Assembly: GCA_030603385.1 (NCBI GenBank)
Contig: JAUVXW010000018.1
Location: 1 to 64,000, forward strand
Origin: Promethearchaeota archaeon
GTDB lineage: Archaea; Asgardarchaeota; Lokiarchaeia; Sigyniarchaeales; SOKP01
Direction: 5' to 3'
DNA length: 64,000 nucleotides
Both the position numbers and the translations under genes were made by a program. Shown piece after piece: positions 19,190 through 29,465 of the stretch. The stretch's first letter is position 1. Each line of letters begins with the position of its first letter. The notes below the pieces were generated by a model that made no database searches, was not told the DNA's origin, and saw nothing but the letters and a program-made list of their open reading frames with translations.

Positions 19190-20689
19190 TTAATTAAGCG
19201 GTAATTTAACAATAAAAGTGCTTCCTTTACCTCTCCCTTCTGATTCCGCTCTAATATAACCTCCATGTAAATCAACAATTTCTTTTGATATAAATAATCC
19301 AAGTCCTGAACCTTGGATATCAATATATTCTAGTCCTTCTTCATATCTCTCTATTTTCCCGAATCTAGTGAAAATAATACTCATTTCTTCCTCAGTTAAG
19401 CCAATTCCAGTATCATTCACAGAAAACTCAACCCAATCTTCGTTTTCTGATAAAATTATAGTTATTTTTCCATTAGGAGGAGTATTCTTTATGGCATTTA
19501 GAAGTAAATTGGTAATTACTTGTTCAATTCTTAATCTATCTATTTCAATATGGATATTTGAGGGAAGTTCTAATATAAGACTCAAATTTCTTTCTTTTAT
19601 TAAAAATCTCATTTCTTCTGAACTTTCCTTAATTACTATTGTGAGGTTCGTTAATTCTTTTTCTAGCTTAAGTTTATTATATTCTATTCTTGTAATGTCT
19701 AACAAATTATCAACTAGAAGATTTAACCTTTCTCCACCTTTTTGAATCATTTGAATTAATTCTAATACATCTTCTCCTAATTTATCTTTAAATACATCTA
19801 GTAAAAGCTCAGAACTTGCGAAGACCAACACAAGGGGTGTCTTTAACTCATGAGAAACTCTTGAAATTAAATCCTTTCTTAATTGATCTAATTCTTTTAA
19901 TTTTTGGATTTCTTCCTTTATTAAGAGATCTGCTTCCTTCCGTTTAGTTATATCATGTAAAATTACTTGGACTAAAGTTTCACTCCCTAATTTTACTAAG
20001 GATGCTTGAAGATTTGCCCAAATTAAACATCCGTCTTTTTTATACAATTGAATATCTATACGGTGTATCACTTCTCCTTTTATAAATCTATCAAATAAAT
20101 CAATTAGCATCGGAAGAAAATCCGGATGAATAAATGTAAGATCTTTAAATTTTTTACCTTGTAAATCAATTCTGTTATATCCCACTAATACTTCAGCAGC
20201 AGGACTACTATCAATTATTTCACCTTTTGAATTAATTAAAATTATAGCAAATGGTGAGTCTTCAAATAAATATCTATATTTTTCCTCAGATTCTCTTAAT
20301 TTCTGCTCCGCTAGCTTCTTCTCAGTAACATCATTTCCAATCCCTAAAACGGCATAGATTTTTTCATTTTTTTTAAATGGAATAGCATAGGTTTCAACAT
20401 ATATAAATTTCCCTTCTTTAGTTTTAAGCTTATATTCACTGCGTTCTGATTGTTTTCCCGTTTTTCTAATTTCATTTGTAACTTTTATTGCTTTCATTAG
20501 ATTCTCTCTATCTAGTAAATCTATGAAAGAAATATCTGGAATTTCATCTCTTTTAAATCCTAACTTTTTTAATGCGACATTATTAGCATCCAGAAAATTT
20601 CCTCTCAAGTCATTAACATAAATTAAATCTAAAGAAAACTCAAATAGATCCTTATACTTTTCTCTTATCTCTTCCTTGTTAAATTTCAT
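19190..20689 (-). CDS. Cytoplasmic PAS-PAS sensor histidine kinase
   Basis: Two PAS/PAC domains; SHELKTPL, NLLLNAIKNT, DTGIG, GSGLGL, GSTF. Confidence 0.95.
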   Translation of the reverse strand: MKFNKEEIREKYKDLFEFSLDLIYVNDLRGNFLDANNVALKKLGFKRDEIPDISFIDLLDRENLMKAIKVTNEIRKTGKQSERSEYKLKTKEGKFIYVETYAIPFKKNEKIYAVLGIGNDVTEKKLAEQKLRESEEKYRYLFEDSPFAIILINSKGEIIDSSPAAEVLVGYNRIDLQGKKFKDLTFIHPDFLPMLIDLFDRFIKGEVIHRIDIQLYKKDGCLIWANLQASLVKLGSETLVQVILHDITKRKEADLLIKEEIQKLKELDQLRKDLISRVSHELKTPLVLVFASSELLLDVFKDKLGEDVLELIQMIQKGGERLNLLVDNLLDITRIEYNKLKLEKELTNLTIVIKESSEEMRFLIKERNLSLILELPSNIHIEIDRLRIEQVITNLLLNAIKNTPPNGKITIILSENEDWVEFSVNDTGIGLTEEEMSIIFTRFGKIERYEEGLEYIDIQGSGLGLFISKEIVDLHGGYIRAESEGRGKGSTFIVKLPLN

Positions 20690-20724
20690 TTAAGACTCAC
20701 ATTTTTCATAAATTTGATTTAGCA

Positions 20725-23442
20725 CTACTTGGAAAATGGTAACTTTATTATAAATGTACTTCCTTTATTTCTCCCTGCTGATTCCGCCCAAATTTGACCC
20801 TTATGTAAGTTAATAATCTCTTTAGAAATAAATAAACCAAGACCAGAACCTTGAATGTCTATAAATTCTAATCCTTCTCCATATCTTTCTATCTTCCCAA
20901 ACCTAGTAAATATTCTATCCATTTCCTCTCGAGTTAAACCAATACCAGTATCATTGACAAAAAATTCAACCCAATTTCCTTTTCTATATAATTTTATCAA
21001 AATTTTTCCATTAGGTGGTGTATTTTTTATAGCATTGGATAAAAGATTTAGAACTACTTGTTCAATTCTTACTTTATCAAGGTTTATAATTAATTCATTA
21101 GGAAGTTCAAGTTTTAAATCTAATTTCCGCCTTTTTATTAAATACATCATTTCATTAGCGCAATCTTGGATTATATCACTTAAATTAGTTAAATCTGTTA
21201 TTAATTCAAATTTATCATACTCAATTCTAGTAATGTCAAGTAGGTTGTCAACTAAATATTTTAATCTTGAACCTCCTTTTTCAATCATCTTAATTAATTC
21301 TTTACTCTCCTCATTAATCTCATCTTTAAATAGTTCTAAAAGTAACTCCGAGGCTCCACAGACAGAAACAAGTGGTGTTTTTAATTCATGAGAAACTCTT
21401 GAGATTAAATCTTTTCTAATTTGATCTAGCTCTTTTAATTTTTGAATCTCCTCTTGTACTAGAAGATCAGCCCTCTTCCGATCTGTTATGTCATGAAGAA
21501 TTGCTTGAACTAAGAAATTCTCACCTAATTTGATTAAAGTTGTTTGATAATTAATCCAAACTAGATCTCCATTCTTTTTATAAAACTCTGCATCGAAAGG
21601 AGGTAAAATTTCACCTTTTAGTAATTTTTTAAATCGTTCAAGCATCATAGGTAAATAATTTGGATGAATTGTTACAAGATTCCTATACTCATGACCTATT
21701 AATTCTTCTATATTATATCCTAATAATTTTTCAGTTGCAGGATTACAATAAATGATTTTACCTTTTTGATCGATAAGAGCTATTGCAAATGGCACAGATT
21801 CAAATAGGTTACGATATCTACTTTCAGATTCCTTTACTTTTTGCTCCAAATCAAACTTTTCAGTGATATCTGATATTAATCCTTGAATCTTAATAGGCTC
21901 ACCATCAATATTCTTAATTAAATGGGAGTTTAGCTGTAAAATAATATTTTGACCATTCTTTTTTTGTGAGTGTACAATATAATTCTTGATAAATCCATCT
22001 TCTTCTAATTTTTTTAAATAATCATCACGCTCACTCGGATTTTGCCAAAACTGCTTCACATTTATTTTTGATAAATCTTCTGTAGGTCCAAAACCTAATA
22101 AATAGCTAAATGCAGGATTATAATTTAACAAATCACCTTCCCAATTTACCTGATAAAATCCTAAATCTAATTTATTAATCATATTTCGATATTTTTCTTC
22201 AGATTCTTTTAGCTTTTGTTCAGATTGCTTCCGAATTGTTATATCACGAACTTCTCCTTGAATGAATTTCTTTCCACCTATAGTAAAAAGACTTGAGGAT
22301 ACTTCAGCAGGAAAAATTTCTCCGTTTTTCTTTTTAAAGTTAATGTCAAACCTTACAAAACCTTTTTTCGAAATTTCTTCAAAAGCTTTTTTTGATTCTA
22401 CAAGTTCACTTATTGGATGTAGTTGGGTAATGTTAAGAGATAAGATCTCTGCTTTTGGATATCCAAAATGATCTAATACTTTCTGATTAACATCTATTAT
22501 TTTACCTTCTAAATCATGTAAAAAAATTCCATCATTTGAATGTTGAAAAAGATTACTGTATTTTTCTTGGGATTCTTCCAATTCTTTTGTTCTCAATCTA
22601 ACTTTTTGAGTGAGTTCAATCTTAAATTTCTCCTCTAAATCTTCTTCTTTCTTCCTCTCAGTAATATCTCGTACTATACCATAAAAACCTCTTTTTCTGC
22701 CTTTAGGATTATACTTTAAATATACTGAAGTTTCAAAAAACGCTTTTTCTCCATTTTTTCTAATAACAGGAAACTGAAATATATTCTGCTGAATTTCTGT
22801 TCTAAACACCTTATTAAAGGTTTTAAAAACTAAATCACGCGTTTTCTCTTCAGTAGTTATAATATAATTTTCTTTTAACAATTCTTCCTTTGAATATCCA
22901 ATAAATTTACATAGAGCATCGTTAACATACGTAAAATTTCCTTTCAGATCAACTTCATAATATCCTTCTTTAATGTTTTTGATTATACTTTGATATTTTT
23001 CTTCTGAATCTTTTAATGTAAGTTCAGTGAGTTTTTTTTCTGATATGTCTTTTGAAATTAAAAGAACTCTTTTACCTTTCTTCCTATCTTCTAATAGCTT
23101 AATCTTCACTTCAAACCAGACTTTCTTACCATCTTTATGGTAGATTTGTATATCAACTATTTTTTCGTCAGTATAATCAATCTTTTTAAGGATTTCTTGT
23201 ATTTTATTAATACCCTTAATATCGATGAAGTGATTAATGTTCTTGCCAATTAAATCTTCATTTGAATATCCTAATAGTTTTAAATAGATTTTTTCATTTA
23301 CAAATTCAATTTCAAGGTTCAGATTTATAATACAGATTAAATCATTTACGGTATTGGATAATAATAAATAATTTTCTTTTGAAATTTCCATGTCAATCCC
23401 TAAATCCATCCTTTTTTTATAACTTATATAAAAGAAACACAA
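20725..23442 (-). CDS. Cytoplasmic multi-PAS (about 5) sensor histidine kinase; true start probably ATG 23409 or 23391
   Basis: Repeated DITE/DITI...SEEKY linkers; SHELKTPL, NLLSNAIKNT, DTGIG, GSGLGL. Confidence 0.95.
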   Translation of the reverse strand: MCFFYISYKKRMDLGIDMEISKENYLLLSNTVNDLICIINLNLEIEFVNEKIYLKLLGYSNEDLIGKNINHFIDIKGINKIQEILKKIDYTDEKIVDIQIYHKDGKKVWFEVKIKLLEDRKKGKRVLLISKDISEKKLTELTLKDSEEKYQSIIKNIKEGYYEVDLKGNFTYVNDALCKFIGYSKEELLKENYIITTEEKTRDLVFKTFNKVFRTEIQQNIFQFPVIRKNGEKAFFETSVYLKYNPKGRKRGFYGIVRDITERKKEEDLEEKFKIELTQKVRLRTKELEESQEKYSNLFQHSNDGIFLHDLEGKIIDVNQKVLDHFGYPKAEILSLNITQLHPISELVESKKAFEEISKKGFVRFDINFKKKNGEIFPAEVSSSLFTIGGKKFIQGEVRDITIRKQSEQKLKESEEKYRNMINKLDLGFYQVNWEGDLLNYNPAFSYLLGFGPTEDLSKINVKQFWQNPSERDDYLKKLEEDGFIKNYIVHSQKKNGQNIILQLNSHLIKNIDGEPIKIQGLISDITEKFDLEQKVKESESRYRNLFESVPFAIALIDQKGKIIYCNPATEKLLGYNIEELIGHEYRNLVTIHPNYLPMMLERFKKLLKGEILPPFDAEFYKKNGDLVWINYQTTLIKLGENFLVQAILHDITDRKRADLLVQEEIQKLKELDQIRKDLISRVSHELKTPLVSVCGASELLLELFKDEINEESKELIKMIEKGGSRLKYLVDNLLDITRIEYDKFELITDLTNLSDIIQDCANEMMYLIKRRKLDLKLELPNELIINLDKVRIEQVVLNLLSNAIKNTPPNGKILIKLYRKGNWVEFFVNDTGIGLTREEMDRIFTRFGKIERYGEGLEFIDIQGSGLGLFISKEIINLHKGQIWAESAGRNKGSTFIIKLPFSK

Positions 23443-23689
23443 TACTCGAAAGGTTATACAACATTAAGAAACTGTATAACTTTTACTTATTAGACTAATG
23501 ATATATTAAGTATTTATTTTTAATTTAAAAAAAAGTAATATCAAATTATTCTCATGTTCTACATATCATTCTTGATAAATTAAACGAAATCCTCCAACAT
23601 TCTTTATTTTTATAAATAATAAGAATTAAAAATTTGCTTACGTTTGATTTTATACAAGAATCTGATATTAAATTAATTTTGATGAATAG

Positions 23690-23989
23690 ATGACAGGCTC
23701 GAAAAAAAAATATCAAAAAATATTAGGCTCAGTTCAGAAACCTGTTATTGGGGAAGCAGGTCAAACAGGAACTTGGAGTTCAAAAAAACCAATAATTGAT
23801 TTAAAGAAGTGTATACCCGTTAAATCCGGAAAACCTAGTTGTTTTAATTGCTGGCTATATTGTCCAGAAGCCGTAGTCTCTAGAACAATTCCACCTCAAA
23901 TAGATTTTAATTACTGCAAAGGATGTGGTATCTGCATGGAAGAATGCCCAGTTAAAGCAATATCAATGGAGGAGGTGAAAAATGAATGA
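23690..23989 (+). CDS. porD: 2-oxoacid:ferredoxin oxidoreductase delta subunit
   Basis: TGTWSSKKP, CFNCWLYCPE, YCKGCGICMEECP. Confidence 0.93.
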   Translation: MTGSKKKYQKILGSVQKPVIGEAGQTGTWSSKKPIIDLKKCIPVKSGKPSCFNCWLYCPEAVVSRTIPPQIDFNYCKGCGICMEECPVKAISMEEVKNE

Positions 23990-25278
23990 CACTTACTGAA
24001 AATGAAGAATCAACTACCGATGAAAATATCATGATTTTGACAGGAAATCACGCTGCTGCACACGCATTTAGACAAGCAAAAGTAGGTGTTGTTTCTGCAT
24101 ATCCAATCACACCTCAAAGCCCAGTAGTTGAAAAAATTGCTGAATTTATAGCTGAAGGTAAACTAAAAGCAAGATTTGTAAAAGTTGAATCTGAACATAG
24201 TGCGATGGCCGTTCTATGTGCTGCCTCTGTTACGGGATCAAGAGTATGTACAGCAACTTCTGCTCATGGTTTAGAATTGATGTATGAAATGTTACCTTGG
24301 GCTTCAGGGAATAGATTACCAATAGTTCTTAATTTAGCGACTAGGAGCTTAGGAGCCCCTTGGTCAGTTTGGACAGACCATCAAGATTTTATAACAATTA
24401 GAGATGTTGGATGGATTCAATTGTTTTGCGAGAATAATCAAGAAATCTATGATACCAACCTTCAAGCATTTAAGATTGCAGAAGATTCAAGAGTTCTCCT
24501 ACCTGTAGCCTGTGCTTACGACGGTTATGTGCTTTCACACACGGCAATGCCAGTAAAGTTAGAAATACAAGAGTTAGTAGATAAATTCTTACCACCTCTC
24601 AATCATCATATTAATTTGTCTGATATTTCTACTGTTAAAGGAATTGATCCGGTAACCACACCTCAAGTTGTTAAGCGAGATGAGGGTGTCGTTCCAGGAT
24701 ATTATGAATATAGATATGCATTGCAAAAAGCATTAGAGAATTCAATTGATATCATTAAAGAAGTTCACAATGATTTTGCTAAAAAGTTTGGAAGATCTTA
24801 TGGAAATGGTATATATAAAGCAATTCGAACGGATGACGCAGATATTATAATCTTTGGGATGGGATCAGTAGCATCACAATCAAGAGTTGCTGTAGAAAAA
24901 CTTAGAACTGAAGGTCTAAAAGTTGGCTTACTGAGTCTGAAATTATTTCGTCCCTACCCTGCAGAGGAACTAAGAGAATTTTTCAAGGATAAAGAAAATA
25001 TTATAGTATTTGATAGGGACATTGGATATGGATATGAAGGTACTTTATCATATGAATTAAAAGCAGCCCTTTACGGATTGAAAAATCGACCAAATATCAA
25101 GGGTTTTATTGTTGGATTAGGTGGAAGAGATGTTAAAACAGAACACATAATAACTGGTGTTTATAAAGCTTTGGATGAATTTAAGAAGGGGATCTTTACA
25201 AATAAAACAGACTTTTTAGGATTAAGATTAGAAGAATTGGAAGATTATGATGAAGAAACTTATTTTAAAGGAGGATGA
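23986..25278 (+). CDS. porA: 2-oxoacid:ferredoxin oxidoreductase alpha subunit
   Basis: YPITPQS, VESEHSA, TATSAHGL, DHQD, GLGGRD. Confidence 0.95.
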   Translation: MTLTENEESTTDENIMILTGNHAAAHAFRQAKVGVVSAYPITPQSPVVEKIAEFIAEGKLKARFVKVESEHSAMAVLCAASVTGSRVCTATSAHGLELMYEMLPWASGNRLPIVLNLATRSLGAPWSVWTDHQDFITIRDVGWIQLFCENNQEIYDTNLQAFKIAEDSRVLLPVACAYDGYVLSHTAMPVKLEIQELVDKFLPPLNHHINLSDISTVKGIDPVTTPQVVKRDEGVVPGYYEYRYALQKALENSIDIIKEVHNDFAKKFGRSYGNGIYKAIRTDDADIIIFGMGSVASQSRVAVEKLRTEGLKVGLLSLKLFRPYPAEELREFFKDKENIIVFDRDIGYGYEGTLSYELKAALYGLKNRPNIKGFIVGLGGRDVKTEHIITGVYKALDEFKKGIFTNKTDFLGLRLEELEDYDEETYFKGG

Positions 25279-25284
25279 GAGATA

Positions 25285-26184
25285 ATGGTAAATGTAATGG
25301 ACATTCCTGAGGAAGAATATATTTTTCCTGGCACACGCGCATGTGCGGGTTGTGCTATGGCGTTAATATATAGGATCGCACTAAAAGCTCTTGGTTCTAA
25401 TACAATCGTAACAGTTCCTGCTTCTTGTTTAACCGTTCTCCATGGAATGCAAGGTTTTTGTACTACAAAGATTTCTGTTTACCATACTCCATTCGCAACT
25501 ACAGGTGCATCTGCATCTGGTATCTTAGCATCATTAGAGGATAAAGGCTTAGCAGATGAAATTACTGTCCTTGCTTTTGCAGGTGACGGCGGAACAGCTG
25601 ATATTGGAATACAAGCTCTAAGTGGTGCTGCAGAAAGAGGCACAAATTTTATTTATGCCTGCTATGATAATGAAGCTTATATGAATACAGGAGTCCAAAG
25701 AAGTGGATCAACGCCAATAGGTGTCCAAACAACAACAACACCAGAAGGAAAATTAGTTCATAAAAAAAATATGCCCAAAATTTTAGAAGCTCACGGGATT
25801 CCATATGTCGCTACTGCCAATGCCGCATACCCACTTGATTTATATGAAAAATTTAAACGAGCAAAGGATATAAAGGGTCCAAAATATATTCATATATTAT
25901 CGCCTTGTCCTCCTGGTTGGGGATATAACCCAAAAGATACAATGTTAATTGGTAGGCTAGCAAATGAAACAGGATTTTGGCCTCTTTACGAAGTTCTTGA
26001 TGGAAAGTTTGAGCTGTCAAATTCAAGTAAAAGATATTTAGACTCCTCGAAAAGAAAACCAATAACAGATTATTTGAAAGCTCAAAAAAGATTTAAATCA
26101 ATCGATGAAAAGATAGTAAAAACTTATGAAAAATATATTGATAATACTTGGAAAGAAATAAAGAGTAGGCTTGAAAGTAGCTAA
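25285..26184 (+). CDS. porB: 2-oxoacid:ferredoxin oxidoreductase beta subunit
   Basis: ACAGC, GDGGTADIG, YDNEAYMNTGVQRS, SPCPPGW. Confidence 0.95.
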   Translation: MVNVMDIPEEEYIFPGTRACAGCAMALIYRIALKALGSNTIVTVPASCLTVLHGMQGFCTTKISVYHTPFATTGASASGILASLEDKGLADEITVLAFAGDGGTADIGIQALSGAAERGTNFIYACYDNEAYMNTGVQRSGSTPIGVQTTTTPEGKLVHKKNMPKILEAHGIPYVATANAAYPLDLYEKFKRAKDIKGPKYIHILSPCPPGWGYNPKDTMLIGRLANETGFWPLYEVLDGKFELSNSSKRYLDSSKRKPITDYLKAQKRFKSIDEKIVKTYEKYIDNTWKEIKSRLESS

Positions 26185-26291
26185 CTCTTTAGACTTAATT
26201 TGAGAATTTCCTATTTTTGAATTCTTTTTTCTTGTTATTTTGTTATGGAAAAAAATAAAAACTAATTTTAGTTAAGTTAATTAGATATTAT

Positions 26292-27074
26292 ATGCTGAGA
26301 ACATTCATATTTGACGATTCTAAATCTAAATGGGTAGAAGAGAAACAACAATTATTATCAGAAGATATTTGTGTATTATTGGATGATGAAGAAGAAATTC
26401 TATATTTATGGAGGGGCTTAAAAACAAGTAAAAAAAGGTTTAAGAAGGGATATAAACAATTAAAAGAACTAATTTCTAATTTCCCTGATTTAAACCTCCA
26501 ATTTATGATGGTAACAAAAAATTTCCCAATCCAAGTTCAAGAGAAGCTTGATTCCATGTTAGAAACAGCTAAGAAAGAGAGGAGTGGGATTTTACTATTT
26601 AACAGATTTATTACTATACGGATTTATTTTATTTTTTTATTATGTGCAATTATTTTACCAATCGTTTCTTTATTAAATTTGAGTTCCTCCTTGCTATGGA
26701 CGATTTCTAATGGAAATTATGAAGTAAATAATAATACCTTCCGATTATGGATATACTACTCGGAAATTTTAACACTTATAACTTTAATTTGCTTTATCAT
26801 TAATTTGGTTATTGGAATTATTGAATTTGAAAATCAGGTAATTGTTTTTTCTATTGTTGGGTTATTAATTTGTGTTGGATTATTTATATATTTAAATTTT
26901 GACATTTATTTATTTCTATTTCAAGAAGGATCAACCTTAACTAATTATTTAATCTCAAGAAAGGATATTTTGTACTTTATTATAGTAAACTTAATCTCAA
27001 TTTTAATTTTTGAAATCCCAAATACAATTAAATTAATATCATTTCTGAAAACATACCGAAAATTTATTTTTTAG
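26292..27074 (+). CDS. Membrane protein with N-terminal gelsolin-like domain and about 4 TM helices
   Basis: LLSEDICVLLDDEEEILYLWRGLKTSKK resembles a gelsolin repeat core; four hydrophobic segments after residue ~105. Confidence 0.65.
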   Translation: MLRTFIFDDSKSKWVEEKQQLLSEDICVLLDDEEEILYLWRGLKTSKKRFKKGYKQLKELISNFPDLNLQFMMVTKNFPIQVQEKLDSMLETAKKERSGILLFNRFITIRIYFIFLLCAIILPIVSLLNLSSSLLWTISNGNYEVNNNTFRLWIYYSEILTLITLICFIINLVIGIIEFENQVIVFSIVGLLICVGLFIYLNFDIYLFLFQEGSTLTNYLISRKDILYFIIVNLISILIFEIPNTIKLISFLKTYRKFIF

Positions 27075-27084
27075 CTGAAGTAAT

Positions 27085-27960
27085 TTGGAAGCCGCAAAAC
27101 TTCTCAAGAGTTTGGAAAAAGAGGATTTTAGAATCCTCATGGCAATTGAGATTGGAATGAAAAGATCAGAATATGTTACAATTAATAATATAAAATTTTA
27201 TTCAAGATACAAGATGGAAGAAACACTATTTCGCTTGAATAAAGTTCATAAATTTGATTTAATAATAAGAAACACTTCAAAATATGAAATTGCTTACAAT
27301 CTTAATTCAAAAGCATATGATTTGCTTGCTCTACACACACTAGTCAAAAAAAATGTGATTAGCCAACTCGGACCTTTAATTGGAAAAGGAAAAGAATCTG
27401 ATGTATATAGTTGTATGGATGATAATGGAAAAATCTATGCTTTAAAATTTTATCGTATGGGTCGTACGAGTTTTAGAAACATTAAAATGTACAGAGACAT
27501 CATAGGTGATAGAGGGCACCTTTCATGGCTTTATGTAAATCGACTTGCTGCTAGAAAGGAATTTGAGGCATTGACAAAAATCTTTAAATTAAAATTAAAT
27601 ACTCCTAAGCCAATTGCATATAATCGACATGTCATTGTTATGTCATATTTGAGGGGTAAGGAATTAGTTTATTACAAGCAAATTAAAAAACCATTAAAAA
27701 TTTTTAGACGTATTATTAAGCAAATTAAAATCATTTATCAAAAGGCGCATATGATTCACGGAGATTTAGGTGAATTTAACATTGTCTTGAGTGAGAGAGG
27801 AAATATTTTGATTATTGATTGGCTACAATGGGTTCCAAGTGATCATCCTAATGCCAATACACTTTTAGAAAGAGATATCATTAACATCTGCCATTTTTTT
27901 CAAAAGAAATTCAATATTGAGAGTAACGTGAATGAAATCATAACCAGTTTTTATAAATAA
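27085..27960 (+). CDS. rio2: RIO2 serine/threonine kinase
   Basis: N-terminal wHTH (DFRILMAIEIGM), GKGKESDVY, KFYRMGRTSF, IHGDLGEFNI, IDWLQ. Confidence 0.94.
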   Translation: MEAAKLLKSLEKEDFRILMAIEIGMKRSEYVTINNIKFYSRYKMEETLFRLNKVHKFDLIIRNTSKYEIAYNLNSKAYDLLALHTLVKKNVISQLGPLIGKGKESDVYSCMDDNGKIYALKFYRMGRTSFRNIKMYRDIIGDRGHLSWLYVNRLAARKEFEALTKIFKLKLNTPKPIAYNRHVIVMSYLRGKELVYYKQIKKPLKIFRRIIKQIKIIYQKAHMIHGDLGEFNIVLSERGNILIIDWLQWVPSDHPNANTLLERDIINICHFFQKKFNIESNVNEIITSFYK

Positions 27961-27980
27961 TGATATAAATAAAATTAAAA

Positions 27981-28592
27981 TTATTCTTTTGAAATTATAC
28001 CTTGTATTATAATATCTTCTAAGAATTCCTCGTTAATTATCTCAAGATCCTTAACATTCGGCTTTAAAAAATCAATTAAAGCGCCTAACTCTAGTTTCTT
28101 CTTTAAGATTGAGAATTTCAAATCACTGTTTATTAAGGCTACTCTAAATAATTCTTGAATTCCTTCATAAGTTCCTGGTTGATTTTGAAAGGATGTAAAT
28201 GAAAAAATTAGATTAAAAATATTATCTCGAAAAGGTAAATTTTCTATGTCTGATAAAATTAAAGAAATATTAGCTTTATCTTTTAACCTAAATAGTTTTG
28301 ATTTAAATTCTAACAGCATATTCCATGATATATCTATTGCTACAAAATTACATTTTAAATTCCCGTTATAAAGATCACTGTTTAATATAAATTCAATTAA
28401 AAGCCCTGTACCACAGCCAACATCTAAAACTTTTTTCTCTTTTAATTGATAATTATTCAGTACTTTATTGTATTTTTTTTCTTGGATTTCCTTGTATCTT
28501 TTGTCATAAAAAGATGCTGATAAGTTATAACTTTCAATAATCTTTTTCTTCTTATTTGAGGTTCTAAAATGTCTTTTCAATAATAAAACCAA
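27981..28592 (-). CDS. Class I SAM-dependent methyltransferase
   Basis: VLDVGCGTG, DISWNML, DIENLPF. Confidence 0.88.
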   Translation of the reverse strand: MVLLLKRHFRTSNKKKKIIESYNLSASFYDKRYKEIQEKKYNKVLNNYQLKEKKVLDVGCGTGLLIEFILNSDLYNGNLKCNFVAIDISWNMLLEFKSKLFRLKDKANISLILSDIENLPFRDNIFNLIFSFTSFQNQPGTYEGIQELFRVALINSDLKFSILKKKLELGALIDFLKPNVKDLEIINEEFLEDIIIQGIISKE

Positions 28593-28711
28593 AGAACTTT
28601 AATCTTTCTATTTTTAATATCGATAAAAAGGTTTTAATTGAAAAAAATCTATCTTTAAATTATCTTTTCAATAAATATAATTAAAATTTTTGTTAAAAAA
28701 AAGGTTTTATA

Positions 28712-28975
28712 ATGTCTTATAGGAATAACAGTCAACAGAGGTCAAAAAACCCTCTCTCCATATTACAAGCTGCGCAAAACAGCATTATTTTGCTTAGATT
28801 AAAAGATGGTACAGAATATAAAGGATTACTAAAGGAGATCGACGCTTACATGAATTTAATCTTAGAAAATGCCACAGAAATGCTTGAAGGAACGCCGGTG
28901 GCTAAATACAACGAGATATTCATTCGAGGCAATAATCTTCTCTTCATAAAGCCAGACGCCTCACAGATTACATAA
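28712..28975 (+). CDS. Sm/Lsm-like RNA-binding protein (SmAP)
   Basis: LKDGTEYKGLLKEIDAYMNLILENATE (Sm1), IFIRGNNL (Sm2). Confidence 0.95.
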   Translation: MSYRNNSQQRSKNPLSILQAAQNSIILLRLKDGTEYKGLLKEIDAYMNLILENATEMLEGTPVAKYNEIFIRGNNLLFIKPDASQIT

Positions 28976-28976
28976 T

Positions 28977-29333
28977 TTAGGGATATAGGTTCTCATGTCC
29001 TTTACGATTAAACTCGTAGCATCCTTCACAATACCACGTATTTAAAACAGGATTATAAATTAAATCGAGTTCTGTTTTACCGCATAGTCTGCACCCAACT
29101 ACGGAGTGAAGAAAAGCTCTTTTCAATTCCTCGCTTTTTTGATAAATCTGCTGAATTTTTTTCTTCTTAACTTCATATTCTAATGACTTATCATATCTTA
29201 TTTTGTTGATCTGTTCATGTAACCTTGAAGCATGATCCTCAAATGCTTGACGTAATAAGTTCCTCAATTCAGTTCTAACCCTACGTAACTGAGGGTTTTT
29301 GAGGGTGATTGATCTCTTTTCCTTCGTTCTCAT
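28977..29333 (-). CDS. Hypothetical protein, helical N-terminus plus C-terminal Zn finger
   Basis: CRLC...WYCEGC. Confidence 0.75.
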   Translation of the reverse strand: MRTKEKRSITLKNPQLRRVRTELRNLLRQAFEDHASRLHEQINKIRYDKSLEYEVKKKKIQQIYQKSEELKRAFLHSVVGCRLCGKTELDLIYNPVLNTWYCEGCYEFNRKGHENLYP

Positions 29334-29367
29334 AATTGAATAATAAAGAAATGGCTATTTAAGTATT

Positions 29368-29427
29368 ACGCTTACATGGACATGTCCATGAATATTAGAA
29401 GATGCATCGGAACTCTTAGAAGGAACT
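29368..29427 (+). pseudogene. Degenerate partial duplicate of the Lsm gene
   Basis: ACGCTTACATG identical to 28842-28852; 29395-29427 reads LEDASELLEGT versus LENATEMLEGT in Lsm. Confidence 0.7.
29375..29390. repeat. Perfect 16-bp palindrome CATGGACATGTCCATG
   Basis: Sequence equals its own reverse complement. Confidence 0.9.
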
Positions 29428-29465
29428 CATAACATACCTGACAATACCATCGGTTTAAAATAGGA

